A stretch of 54,474 bases of DNA from Thermoproteota archaeon (GTDB taxonomy: Archaea > Korarchaeota > Korarchaeia > Korarchaeales > JAOZGB01). The stretch is taken from NCBI GenBank assembly GCA_027491935.1, contig JAOZGB010000008.1:1-54474 (forward strand). Direction: 5' to 3'. Below the pieces are notes generated by a model. The model had not been told where the DNA came from. It saw nothing but the letters and a program-made list of their open reading frames with translations, and did not search any database. Both the position numbers and the translations under genes were made by a program. This document shows positions 7,380 through 16,342 of this stretch, piece after piece (within the stretch, counting starts at the first letter, position 1; the number at the start of each line of letters is the position of its first letter).

Positions 7380-8893
7380 AGTATGTCTCCCACCCTCTGA
7401 TAAGGCCGAAGACGATCGAAGCTAGGTTGTATCAGGAAGTTGCTATGGTAAAAGCCTCAAAGGAAAACTCTCTGGTTATCCTACCAACAGGTATGGGCAA
7501 AACTGTAATCGCCTCTTTGCTCATAGCTTACAGACTTTCTAAGCTGCAATGGAGTAAAATCCTTTTTCTAGCTCCCACCCGCCCACTTGTAAATCAGCAC
7601 GTCTCAGAGCTGAGAAGGATACTAAACACCGATCCAAATAATATCTCCCCCATTACCAGTGCAATAAAAAAAGACCTCCGGGCTGAAATCTGGAATAAAT
7701 GCAAGGTTATAGTTGGGACACCCCAGGCTGTAGAATCTGACCTTTCAAAAGGAACTTTAGATCTAAGGAGCTTCTCCTTGCTTATCGTAGACGAGGCTCA
7801 TAGGGCTGTTGGAAATTATCCTTACGTTTTAATAGCCTCCATATATCAAAGGACATCAGTGAATCCTCTAATCCTAGCTCTAACAGCTTCTCCCGGGGCA
7901 AATGCTGAGAAGCTTTCAGAGATCTGTTCAAACCTCTCAATAAAGAACATAATCATGATGGATAGAGACAATCCTGTTGTAGCACCCTATGTGTCACCAC
8001 TAAAGTTCGAATACGTTAAAGTACCGTATCCCAAAGCGTACAGTAAGGCAGTGAATTTGGTAGAGGAGGAATATAAAAATAACCTTAAGTACTTACATGC
8101 TTACGGCGTTACTGGTGATTATCTAGATGTTAAGATAAGCAAGCTTATAGAGCTTCAGCAGAAAGCTAACGTGCTGAATTTAAGCGGAATAGTTACGATC
8201 AGAATCTCAGCAGCCATAAAACTTTACCATATGAGGCTTCTGTTGGAAACTCAAGGAATTCCGCAATTTTTAAGCTACGTCGATAAGCTTGGAAGAGACA
8301 GTACAAAGTCTTCTAAGCTCATACTATCCTCCCGAAAAGTGAAACTCGCAGTATCTATATCTAAGACTCTTAGAAAATCAGGTGTTATTCATCCTAAACT
8401 GTCAAAACTTATAGATTTGGTATATAGTCTGATAAAAGACCATAGCTCTAAGATGATCGTGTTCTCGAACTATAGGGATACTGTAGAACTTATTGTTAAC
8501 ATCTTATCTAGCGTTCCGGGGTGCAAACCTGTTAAACTTATTGGTCAAGGAAGAAGGGGGAAAAGTCCCGGGATGAGCCAGAAAGAACAAGTAAAAGTCC
8601 TCAGAGAGTTCTCGAACGGTTTGTATAACACTCTCGTTTCCACCAGTATTGGCGAGGAAGGTTTAGATATCCCGGAGGTCGATCTAGTGGTCTTTTATGA
8701 TGTAGTCCCCTCAGAAATAAGAAGTATACAGAGAAGAGGTAGAACAGCCAGGAGTAAACCCGGTAAGGTAATAGTTTTTTATTCTCCAGGCATAGAAGAA
8801 GCTTACCTAAATATATCTTCAACACGTGAGCAAAAGATGCGGAAAATTCTTAAAACATCAAAGGCGGGTAAGATACAGCTTAAACTAGTATAG
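7376..8893 (+). CDS. hef: Hef/FANCM-type SF2 helicase (helicase module only, no ERCC4 nuclease domain)
   Basis: Motif I 'LPTGMGKT', motif II 'DEAH', motif III 'TASP', motif VI 'QRRGRTAR'. There is long collinear similarity to my recollection of the euryarchaeal Hef helicase region ('ARLYQEV', 'HRAVGNYPYV', 'LLETQG'). The ATG overlaps the upstream stop (ATGA). Confidence 0.8.
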   Translation: MKYVSHPLIRPKTIEARLYQEVAMVKASKENSLVILPTGMGKTVIASLLIAYRLSKLQWSKILFLAPTRPLVNQHVSELRRILNTDPNNISPITSAIKKDLRAEIWNKCKVIVGTPQAVESDLSKGTLDLRSFSLLIVDEAHRAVGNYPYVLIASIYQRTSVNPLILALTASPGANAEKLSEICSNLSIKNIIMMDRDNPVVAPYVSPLKFEYVKVPYPKAYSKAVNLVEEEYKNNLKYLHAYGVTGDYLDVKISKLIELQQKANVLNLSGIVTIRISAAIKLYHMRLLLETQGIPQFLSYVDKLGRDSTKSSKLILSSRKVKLAVSISKTLRKSGVIHPKLSKLIDLVYSLIKDHSSKMIVFSNYRDTVELIVNILSSVPGCKPVKLIGQGRRGKSPGMSQKEQVKVLREFSNGLYNTLVSTSIGEEGLDIPEVDLVVFYDVVPSEIRSIQRRGRTARSKPGKVIVFYSPGIEEAYLNISSTREQKMRKILKTSKAGKIQLKLV

Positions 8894-8912
8894 CATAGTT
8901 GGTGTAATTCTG

Positions 8913-9446
8913 ATGATAGAGCTAGAAGACATAAACCTGCTGGAATTAAAGAGATTAGGCCTTAGAGGTGACAAATTCGTTCTTAGATCTAATATGGACG
9001 CCGCAGCAGCCCTCTCTAGATTCATTAACGTGCTGTGCCAGTTAAATCAAATGAGGGATCCTATAAGGCTAAGTCCAGCTCATAAGAAGAAGTACGTAGT
9101 AGGTTATAGGGAGTATTCAGTAAAGTATGAGGATAAGCTCCTAACACACCAGGTAGCCTTAAGATTAATTGGGAAAATAAGAACTCAACCTAAATCAACC
9201 CTTAAATTCCTAATCACACTAAAGTACTATTACTTCAAAGATGCGGATAATAGAAGGGTAAATCTAATGTATGATAGATACGAACTTCTAACTGATGTGA
9301 AAGACAGCGATCTCCTTGTAATAGTTAAACTTAAGTCAGGACTCCGCAGGACAACCCCGGAGGTTTTAATGTCGATTATTGCAAATTTGATGCGAGGCAA
9401 TGTTAAGGTGATTCACCTTGGAGTCTCACCATCCGTCAAGAGGTGA
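8913..9446 (+). CDS. Hypothetical protein
   Basis: A 177-aa ORF 19 nt downstream of hef on the same strand. No motif was recognised, and there is no ERCC4 'ERK' nuclease signature. Confidence 0.4.
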   Translation: MIELEDINLLELKRLGLRGDKFVLRSNMDAAAALSRFINVLCQLNQMRDPIRLSPAHKKKYVVGYREYSVKYEDKLLTHQVALRLIGKIRTQPKSTLKFLITLKYYYFKDADNRRVNLMYDRYELLTDVKDSDLLVIVKLKSGLRRTTPEVLMSIIANLMRGNVKVIHLGVSPSVKR

Positions 9447-9483
9447 GTTTGTAAGGTTTAATCTTAAATATTAAAAGTGGGGT

Positions 9484-9834
9484 GTGGAAATGATGGGGGA
9501 TAGAGGAAGCCCTGTGGAGAAAGCTACAGAATTTATAGAAACCATATTTCCGGGTGAACTTTGCGGTAAAGTTGTCCTTGACAATAGAATGGCGATGATA
9601 GGAATAGTAAGGAGCATCAAAGTGTATATTCCCAGCTTTAAAGTGGGGCTGATAATTGTGGGCTTAGACTCAGAAAAGGGAGTAGAGAAAGAAATACCCA
9701 TAGATGTAAAGGATATAGAGAAAATAGGCGACAATGTGCTTTTAAGGATACAGCTTCCAAAGTTTAAAGTCTTAAACATAGAAGATGTACTAAGCCTTAG
9801 AAATAGGCTAGCCCGAAGCTTTACCTCTAGCTAG
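9484..9834 (+). CDS. Hypothetical protein, possibly PRC-barrel-like
   Basis: 116 aa. 'LCGKVVLDNRMAMIGIVRSI...IPIDVKDIEKIGDNVLL' resembles PRC-barrel proteins. The antisense ORF 9471..9779 has S/T/L/I-rich artefact composition. Confidence 0.4.
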   Translation: MEMMGDRGSPVEKATEFIETIFPGELCGKVVLDNRMAMIGIVRSIKVYIPSFKVGLIIVGLDSEKGVEKEIPIDVKDIEKIGDNVLLRIQLPKFKVLNIEDVLSLRNRLARSFTSS

Positions 9835-10244
9835 GATTCCTGCTCGAGCATTTTCGAATATTCTTCCGAGGTCATCAGCTTTCCAAGATCTTCAGGTAGA
9901 TTTGTCGCCTTTACTTTTATCAGCCAGCCCCTCCCGTAGGGATCCTCAGATATCAGATCCAATCTACCTTTCCCTCCCTTATCCGGATCCTCTATATCCA
10001 TATTCTTTTCAATGATTATTCCAGAAACAGGGGAGAATAGTTCACTACAAGACTTGTATGATTCGATTTCCCCGAACGGCTCTCCAAATTTGACCTTCTT
10101 CCCTATCTCGGGTAGGACTATCCTTGTAACTTCACCCAGCTCCTCCGCCGCGTAAGATGTAATCCCTACTGTGACTATGTCACCGTCGACTTTAGCCCAT
10201 TCATGGGTTTTGGTATAATAAAGATTATCTGGATATTTACCCAA
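9831..10244 (-). CDS. gcvH: Glycine cleavage system H protein (lipoyl carrier)
   Basis: 'YYTKTHEWAKVDGDIVTVGITSYAAEELGEV' and the lipoyl-lysine context 'GEIESYKSCSELFSPVSG'. Confidence 0.85.
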   Translation of the reverse strand: MGKYPDNLYYTKTHEWAKVDGDIVTVGITSYAAEELGEVTRIVLPEIGKKVKFGEPFGEIESYKSCSELFSPVSGIIIEKNMDIEDPDKGGKGRLDLISEDPYGRGWLIKVKATNLPEDLGKLMTSEEYSKMLEQES

Positions 10245-10304
10245 GTAAGGTCGTGCCTAATTAACCTTAAACACTTTTAAATTTTCCATGAAATGTAAAA
10301 ACAG

Positions 10305-10715
10305 ATGGATAAGAATCTTACACCTCCTTCCCGTCTATACGTGGTTGTAGCCTGGAGTATAGTGCTTCCACTCGGGTGCTTATTCTATCAAACTTTGATA
10401 TATCCAAACACTCTACCTCAAGAAGGTTCTGGGTTTGGATTCTTAAGCGTCATACCTTACTTTGTAGCGTTCGTGTTATTTATAGCTTCTGAGATCTTGA
10501 TCAGAAGAATAACCCTAACCGAGAAGGATTTTGGCAAAATCTATAGTAAGGCTGAGAAGCTTATAATGCTTAACTCGTTCACAAGCCTTCTCTCGTTTCC
10601 TGCATCATGGATGTATAGGACCTGGCAGGTCTCGCTATCTATTATAATGCTCAGCCTAGCTGGAATCGTCTTTACTTGGACTAATGTAATGTTTAGGTCT
10701 AGAATCTCAAGATAG
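10305..10715 (+). CDS. Hypothetical integral membrane protein
   Basis: 136 aa with about four hydrophobic spans. Confidence 0.45.
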   Translation: MDKNLTPPSRLYVVVAWSIVLPLGCLFYQTLIYPNTLPQEGSGFGFLSVIPYFVAFVLFIASEILIRRITLTEKDFGKIYSKAEKLIMLNSFTSLLSFPASWMYRTWQVSLSIIMLSLAGIVFTWTNVMFRSRISR

Positions 10716-10878
10716 TACTTATATACCGTTGAAGTGCCAATACATCTTTCATCTCTAAAAGCTCGTGTGAAAGATTTTGAATAGTTATAGGAATAGTTGA
10801 CAATGCTAAGTTTTAACGGTTAAATTTATTATTGAGAGAGCGTGTAAGATAGTGGGAGAAACCTATGGGTGCGTTGCC

Positions 10879-11124
10879 ATGAGTAAGTCACCTGCCACAC
10901 CACTAGCATTCCTTCATAGATCCAACGGTTCCCTAGTTAGGGTTAGGTTGAAAAGCGGCGCCGAATTCTCAGGAAGACTTGAAATTTGCGACGATCATAT
11001 GAACCTTGTACTGGAGGATGTAAAGGAATGGGATGTGAAAACAGGCTCCGCGGTCAGGAGGTATGGTAAAATATTTATAAGAGGAAATAACGTCCTGTTC
11101 ATAATGTTGAATCCCGAGGAGTAA
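10879..11124 (+). CDS. Sm-like (LSm/SmAP) RNA-binding protein
   Basis: Sm1/Sm2-like 'SLVRVRLKSGAEFSGRLEICDDHMNLVLEDV ... IFIRGNNVLFI'. The ATG at 10879 is preferred over the GTG at 10852. Confidence 0.85.
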   Translation: MSKSPATPLAFLHRSNGSLVRVRLKSGAEFSGRLEICDDHMNLVLEDVKEWDVKTGSAVRRYGKIFIRGNNVLFIMLNPEE

Positions 11125-11176
11125 GTCTGGAACGATTTGCTAAGATTGAAGTCTGGAACGGTTTGCTAAGATTGAG
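11125..11176. repeat. Tandem direct duplication, 2 x 26 bp
   Basis: GTCTGGAACGATTTGCTAAGATTGAA (11125-11150) is followed by GTCTGGAACGGTTTGCTAAGATTGAG (11151-11176), with 2 mismatches. It begins one base after the Sm gene stop and spans the stop codon and C-terminal codons of the convergent 440-aa gene. Confidence 0.9.
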
Positions 11177-12462
11177 ATAGACAGGTATAATAAGAAGAGA
11201 ATTACCAGCAAGGACGCCGAGAACCAGATAACAGACACAAACCCCGTTTCATGTTGATGAGAATCCCATGCTTTGATTATTAGCTCGTCGACGCTTTTTA
11301 AGCCCTCTAAGGCATTTAAAGCCTCACTCCTGCCTTCTTCAAACCTATAACTTAAGAAATAAGTTTTAGCTTTTTCATAGTGACCCTTAACTATCTCTAA
11401 CGCTTTGGTTACGTCAGTGAGGTGTCGGCCAGACACGCTCATGTTTATAAGACGCTCTATGTCATCCTCTCGAGTGGAAATTTCTCTACCTAGAACTTCG
11501 AGGTACGCGTTTGATATGAGTAAGATTGTGGTGTTCGACTTCTCGATGGCCATTATAGCATACATGAAAGTTTCATTATCCCTTTCATTAAACAAGGACT
11601 CAGCCTTTTCATAATAATTAAAGGCATCTCTGAGCTCCGGTGGGTACATTTCAACGAATCCATCCTTTATTCCTAGGTTGGTTGCTTTCTCAGCCTCTCT
11701 AAGCCTTCTATCAGCCGCTTCTAATATTTTACTGGCTTCTTCAGCATCAAAATATATGGGTCTTGCTTTCACCGTGATGTTAAAAAGAATGTGCTCACGG
11801 TAAAAACCGTAATCTATCGTAAAACGCAGCGTATAGTTACCCGGCGATTCAGCTATAGGAATTTTAACCGCTGCCTCAATAAGTTTTGTCATACCAATAT
11901 TCATCGAGATATTTGTACCCCAAAGAGATGTAGCGTCGAGTTCAACGTTCACTTTAAGCTCAGCATTTGGAACCTTTCTATTAAAAATAGTGATATTAAA
12001 TCCTATAAAATCTCCAGGTAACACTACAGTATTATTGGCTACGATTTTAACCTCTAAAGCCCCCTCTATGTTTGCAATGTAAACTCTAACCCCAGGTGTT
12101 AAAACCCTTTCCACTCCAGTACTTCCCGGTTTTCTATAGTCGATAAATCCGTGAACATTATATGTACCCGGACGTATGTCAGCTGGAATACTCAGTTTTA
12201 CGGATATACTCTCTATATCTTTAGCATGCATATAGATATTTACTGTTTTTTCCTGTATACCCCATGGTAAAATCAAACCAGCTCTAAGAATCAAGGCTGA
12301 AAAGTTCCCTGGATTTCTGACTACAAGATTCGCAGTATATATTCCCCTAGTAAAGAGCATAGAGTCTATTTCAAGCTCAACAGTTAGTTCAGGAGAACCT
12401 AGTGCGAATCCTATAACCTGCGCTACTAGTACCATGGCTATAAGCATGGAATAAGCTTTCAT
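11140..12462 (-). CDS. Putative secreted/surface-anchored glycoprotein
   Basis: N-terminal hydrophobic signal-like segment and a C-terminal TM anchor ('VIWFSASLLVILFLLYLSISIL'). Many N-x-S/T sequons and beta-rich repeats. No family was recognised. Confidence 0.55.
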   Translation of the reverse strand: MKAYSMLIAMVLVAQVIGFALGSPELTVELEIDSMLFTRGIYTANLVVRNPGNFSALILRAGLILPWGIQEKTVNIYMHAKDIESISVKLSIPADIRPGTYNVHGFIDYRKPGSTGVERVLTPGVRVYIANIEGALEVKIVANNTVVLPGDFIGFNITIFNRKVPNAELKVNVELDATSLWGTNISMNIGMTKLIEAAVKIPIAESPGNYTLRFTIDYGFYREHILFNITVKARPIYFDAEEASKILEAADRRLREAEKATNLGIKDGFVEMYPPELRDAFNYYEKAESLFNERDNETFMYAIMAIEKSNTTILLISNAYLEVLGREISTREDDIERLINMSVSGRHLTDVTKALEIVKGHYEKAKTYFLSYRFEEGRSEALNALEGLKSVDELIIKAWDSHQHETGFVSVIWFSASLLVILFLLYLSISILANRSRLQS

Positions 12463-12522
12463 TCACGCATTCAAGAGTTACCCAATACTTAAAAAAGCAG
12501 GCTTCAATACATATTATCAGGT

Positions 12523-14535
12523 GTGCGAGAGTATTTGATACAACCTATTGTCGAGGAACCTATAATTGGTGTAGATGTAAGGCCCTTTTCTTCGCCCTAT
12601 TCTAAAAAGAGGGCTAAGTACTCCGTTGCAGTGTTAAGTCACGGGGAAATCGTATACTCGAGTCATTCTGTCTCCCTTCATGATATCAAATCCCTTATTA
12701 ATGAGTACCATGCTAAGACATTGGCGGTAGATAACATTAAAGAGTTGTTTAAGAGGAAATCTGAACTTTATAAGTTCATAGAAAGCCTGCCTGCTGATTT
12801 AACGTTAATTCAAGTGACAGGATCCCCGATACACGGTTTTAAATCTGTTAAGTCTCTGGCCAAGGAGGCAGGGATCATAGCTAAAGTAGATTCCTCCAGG
12901 GGAGAGGCGGAGGTGATCGCTAGACTCGCATCCTTAGGATACGGATGTAAGATTATACTTCACGAGAATGAAGCCAAAATTATAATAGCAAAATCGTCGA
13001 GTGTCAAAAAAGGAGGATCCGGCAGCGACAGGTGGAGAAGGCTTTCTGAGTCTCTAATATTAGAGGAGTCTAGGGTTATTGAGGAAAGGTTAAAGTCTGT
13101 AGGAATAGACTACGATCTTTATACAGTTTCAGGGGAAGGAGGGCTTTCGAAAGCCGAATTCATTGTTTACTCGGGCAGGAAAGGCTTGTCAAGAATAGTT
13201 AGACCCTACATTGGTTCAAATATTAAAGTAGTAGTGGAGCCTATTAGAAAGAAGAGTATAGGGTATATAAAGATAGGAGATGTAGAACCCCGGGTTAACA
13301 GAAAACCTATAATGGTCAGCATTGATCCCGGTATGAGTACAGGTATATGCATATTTGACATGTTTGGAAACCTGCTCTTGCTTAAAACTCTCAGAAAACC
13401 TACAAGGTCGATGTTGATAGAGGAAATATCTAAATATGGAATACCAACTATAATTACCTGTGATAAGAGCCCGGTGCCAAAGTCTATAGTTAAAATCGCC
13501 AAGATCTTTGGCGCTAAGATTCATAAGATGGAAACGCTTACTTTAGAAGAGAAAAGGCAGCTTCTCCAGAAGTATAATATCAAGGTGGAGACCTCTCATG
13601 AGAGAGACGCGTTTGCCGCCATGGTTAAAACTTATAATTCATATCTAAACTTATGGAGAAAGGCAGAATCTCATGCTAAGGAATCTGGTTTAAACATGCC
13701 TTCTGATAAGCTTAGAGCACTAGTATCTGAGGGGGTACCGATCTCAGAAGCCATTAAACTGATAAAATCCGAGGTTCCTCGTAAGAAAGCGGAGCAGCGT
13801 AGACCGGTTGTTCCAGGAACAAGTGATTTGAAAGGGGAAATTGAACGGCTTAAGAGTAAGCTCATTGAGAAGGAACAGGAAATATCAAAGCTTAGAGAAG
13901 AGGTATCAACCTATAAGAGAGAAATCAAGGATTTGCGTGCCGTCTTAGACTCCATCCATGATAAAACGCTAATTAAGATAAAACGTGATCGAGCCATAAA
14001 GTTAAGAGACGAAAGAATACGATACTTAGAAAATGAGATAGCCAGATTAAGGAGGAGGATGAGAGAGCTTGAGATAGAATTAGAAATGGAAAGAAGAAGA
14101 AACAAGGTGGAAGAATTCTATCAGCTTGAAAGGGCTGAAGTTATAGATAAACTTTCGAAAAACATAGTTGAGGAAGCCATTACTAAAAAGAGAATTAAGC
14201 CCGGTTCGATATTAGTTGTCAAAGATGCTTCCGGAGCTGGCAGGGTTGCAGCAGAGAAAATATCAAAGCTTTCGCCTTCCGCTATAATAGTTTTGGGGAA
14301 TCTCCCACCTGAGCCGGCTTTATCCGTTTTTAAATGCTTCAAAATCCCTGTTATACCCGCATCTGAGGTTAAAATAAAAATCTTAGGCGACATCGCCATT
14401 TTCAACCCTGAAGACGTCGAAAAGGTCAAAAAAAGGTTCCTCCCTAAGATAGACGGGCAGCCACGGTTTTCAGAGGATGTAGTAAGAAAGTTGATAGTAG
14501 AGTATAGAAAGAAACTTATAAGTCAAGAATCTTAA
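12523..14535 (+). CDS. COG2433/DUF460-like protein: predicted RNase H-fold (RuvC/YqgF-like) domain plus a long coiled coil
   Basis: 670 aa. It contains 'VSIDPGMSTGICIFD', 'ITCDKSPVP' and 'SHERDAFAA', then a roughly 120-aa heptad-rich stretch ('EIERLKSKLIEKEQEISKLREE...RRRMRELEIELEMERRR'). Confidence 0.6.
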   Translation: MREYLIQPIVEEPIIGVDVRPFSSPYSKKRAKYSVAVLSHGEIVYSSHSVSLHDIKSLINEYHAKTLAVDNIKELFKRKSELYKFIESLPADLTLIQVTGSPIHGFKSVKSLAKEAGIIAKVDSSRGEAEVIARLASLGYGCKIILHENEAKIIIAKSSSVKKGGSGSDRWRRLSESLILEESRVIEERLKSVGIDYDLYTVSGEGGLSKAEFIVYSGRKGLSRIVRPYIGSNIKVVVEPIRKKSIGYIKIGDVEPRVNRKPIMVSIDPGMSTGICIFDMFGNLLLLKTLRKPTRSMLIEEISKYGIPTIITCDKSPVPKSIVKIAKIFGAKIHKMETLTLEEKRQLLQKYNIKVETSHERDAFAAMVKTYNSYLNLWRKAESHAKESGLNMPSDKLRALVSEGVPISEAIKLIKSEVPRKKAEQRRPVVPGTSDLKGEIERLKSKLIEKEQEISKLREEVSTYKREIKDLRAVLDSIHDKTLIKIKRDRAIKLRDERIRYLENEIARLRRRMRELEIELEMERRRNKVEEFYQLERAEVIDKLSKNIVEEAITKKRIKPGSILVVKDASGAGRVAAEKISKLSPSAIIVLGNLPPEPALSVFKCFKIPVIPASEVKIKILGDIAIFNPEDVEKVKKRFLPKIDGQPRFSEDVVRKLIVEYRKKLISQES

Positions 14536-16111
14536 GCATGTAATACTTCCACCTTTTGTATCCAAGCTTCCTATAGTATTCTCTAACGCCTATCCCAGAA
14601 ATAACATATATCTTTGAGATCCCATGCTCCAAAGCAGTTTCTTCGGCCTTTTCCATAAGCCTTTTTCCAAGCCCTCTATGTTGAACTCCGTAGGAAAACG
14701 TGTCCCTACCAACCGGGACAAGCGGCCCGTAAACATGTAATTCCCTCACTATCGCGGCATCCTGCAGAGGTTCGGGTGCATCGGGGGATGTGATTCTAAG
14801 CCTTAAAAAGGCTAATAACACATCTTTTCTTATGTCTTCAAAGCTAAGGAAGAATTCCGTCCCACCTGAAGCTTTATACTTAAGAGTCTTAAACGTCGGC
14901 TTCAGATCGGATATTATCCCTCCTTTGAGGAGATATCTACCTACTTCGCGGCATCTTATGCATCTGCATTTCAGACCTAACTCCTTCATCTTCCATTGAA
15001 CTAGTTCCCTCAGGTTTCCCTTTCTAACCCCCGCAGCTATCCTTCCCGACGGTATATCCCTCTGTATTCGATATATTCTAACGTAGGGGGGTACAATAGA
15101 CTTTACTTTAGCTAGAAGTTCTATTATCTCTTCAAGTGTATATGGGATAAACTCTTTCTTCAAATACATGTTGTAGAGTTCTGTATTTTCAAGTACGAGA
15201 GTTGGGTATATTTTTAACCCGTCAGGTTTAAATCTTTCATCTTCGAAGAGCCTTTTAAAAGAGTCGAAGTCGCGCTGTAGGCTGGAACCCGGTAGATTTG
15301 GCATCATGTGAGCCGTTACTTTAAATCCGTAATCTTTTAGCACCCTAAATGCCTTTTCAATATCCTCAACACCATGCTCTCTATTTACAAATGCTAAGAT
15401 ATCGTTAAATAAGCTTTGAACCCCTACTTCAACCCTTGTCGTCCCATAGCTTAACATTAAAATACAGGTCCTATCATCGACCGTGTCAGGACGTAGCTCA
15501 ACCGTTATACCTGTGTTTCTTCTCCTAGACCTTTCAGCCTCGTAAATTGCATGCTGTAAATTCCAGGATTCGCAACCTGTTATTGCGTCTAGGCATCTTT
15601 TTACAAACCATTTCTGGTATTCAGGCGGCATAGCTGGGAACGTTCCACCCTGAATTATTATTTCCACCTTTGAGGTGCTGTGGCCTATGGACTCCAGCTG
15701 TTTGAGCCTCGCCCTAACCTGCCTATATGGGTCGAACGAATGCTGGATAGCACGCATTCCAGCCGGCTCCATGCCAGTATAAGATTGCGGTGTGGGCCCC
15801 CAACTGTACTCAGGCCCGCCTGGGCAGTAGATGCATGGCTTACTTTTCGGACATGGCCATGGAACACTCATAACTGAAAATACAGCTATCCCTGAGTATG
15901 TTCTAACAGCTTTAAGCTTTAAGAGGTTTAAGATCCTTTCGCTTTTGTCACTGATAACCTCTAGGATCTCGCTATTCTTTGGTAGGCTTTTGAGTCTATA
16001 TTTTTTAGATACCCTCACCTTAACTCTTTCTAACTCTTTCTTGCTCTTCACTTCACCAGATAATATTGCCTTTGCAATCTCTATGCACGCCTTTCTCCTG
16101 TTATTCATCAC
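14516..16111 (-). CDS. elp3: Elp3-type radical-SAM/GNAT tRNA modification enzyme
   Basis: Radical-SAM region 'CPKSKPCIYCPGGP' plus a C-terminal GNAT domain ('VQHRGLGKRLMEKAEE'). Confidence 0.88.
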   Translation of the reverse strand: MMNNRRKACIEIAKAILSGEVKSKKELERVKVRVSKKYRLKSLPKNSEILEVISDKSERILNLLKLKAVRTYSGIAVFSVMSVPWPCPKSKPCIYCPGGPEYSWGPTPQSYTGMEPAGMRAIQHSFDPYRQVRARLKQLESIGHSTSKVEIIIQGGTFPAMPPEYQKWFVKRCLDAITGCESWNLQHAIYEAERSRRRNTGITVELRPDTVDDRTCILMLSYGTTRVEVGVQSLFNDILAFVNREHGVEDIEKAFRVLKDYGFKVTAHMMPNLPGSSLQRDFDSFKRLFEDERFKPDGLKIYPTLVLENTELYNMYLKKEFIPYTLEEIIELLAKVKSIVPPYVRIYRIQRDIPSGRIAAGVRKGNLRELVQWKMKELGLKCRCIRCREVGRYLLKGGIISDLKPTFKTLKYKASGGTEFFLSFEDIRKDVLLAFLRLRITSPDAPEPLQDAAIVRELHVYGPLVPVGRDTFSYGVQHRGLGKRLMEKAEETALEHGISKIYVISGIGVREYYRKLGYKRWKYYMLKILDL

Positions 16112-16175
16112 TTCTAGTTTTAACTATGACAGACCTTTTAAATGAATCAAGACTATTACTATGTTAGGTGTCGAT

Positions 16176-16334
16176 ATGCCTGGTACTCATGGTGCACTCA
16201 CAAAGGCAGGTAGAGTTAGACAGCTCACTCCGAAGGTTGAGGCAAGACCTAGAGAGAAGAAGCCCCCAAGACTTAGGCTCAGAAGGAGGTACAGGAGGCT
16301 CCTTGCGAGCCAGTCGCAGTCAGCGAGAAGGTAG
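16176..16334 (+). CDS. rps30e: Ribosomal protein eS30 (S30e); absent from the ORF track (52 aa)
   Basis: Hand translation gives MPGTHGALTKAGRVRQLTPKVEARPREKKPPRLRLRRRYRRLLASQSQSARR*. 'HG(S/A)LTKAGKVR.QTPKV' is the eS30 signature. The track ORF 16168..16395 is in another frame and is rejected. Confidence 0.8.
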   Translation: MPGTHGALTKAGRVRQLTPKVEARPREKKPPRLRLRRRYRRLLASQSQSARR

Positions 16335-16342
16335 GTTAGGAC

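Noticed and set aside
6965-7393. 142-aa minus-strand ORF opposite the UPF0148 gene
   Set aside because: Its Ser/Leu-rich composition is typical of the antisense of a K/E-rich gene. The plus-strand frame encodes a recognisable Zn-ribbon protein that is translationally coupled to hef.
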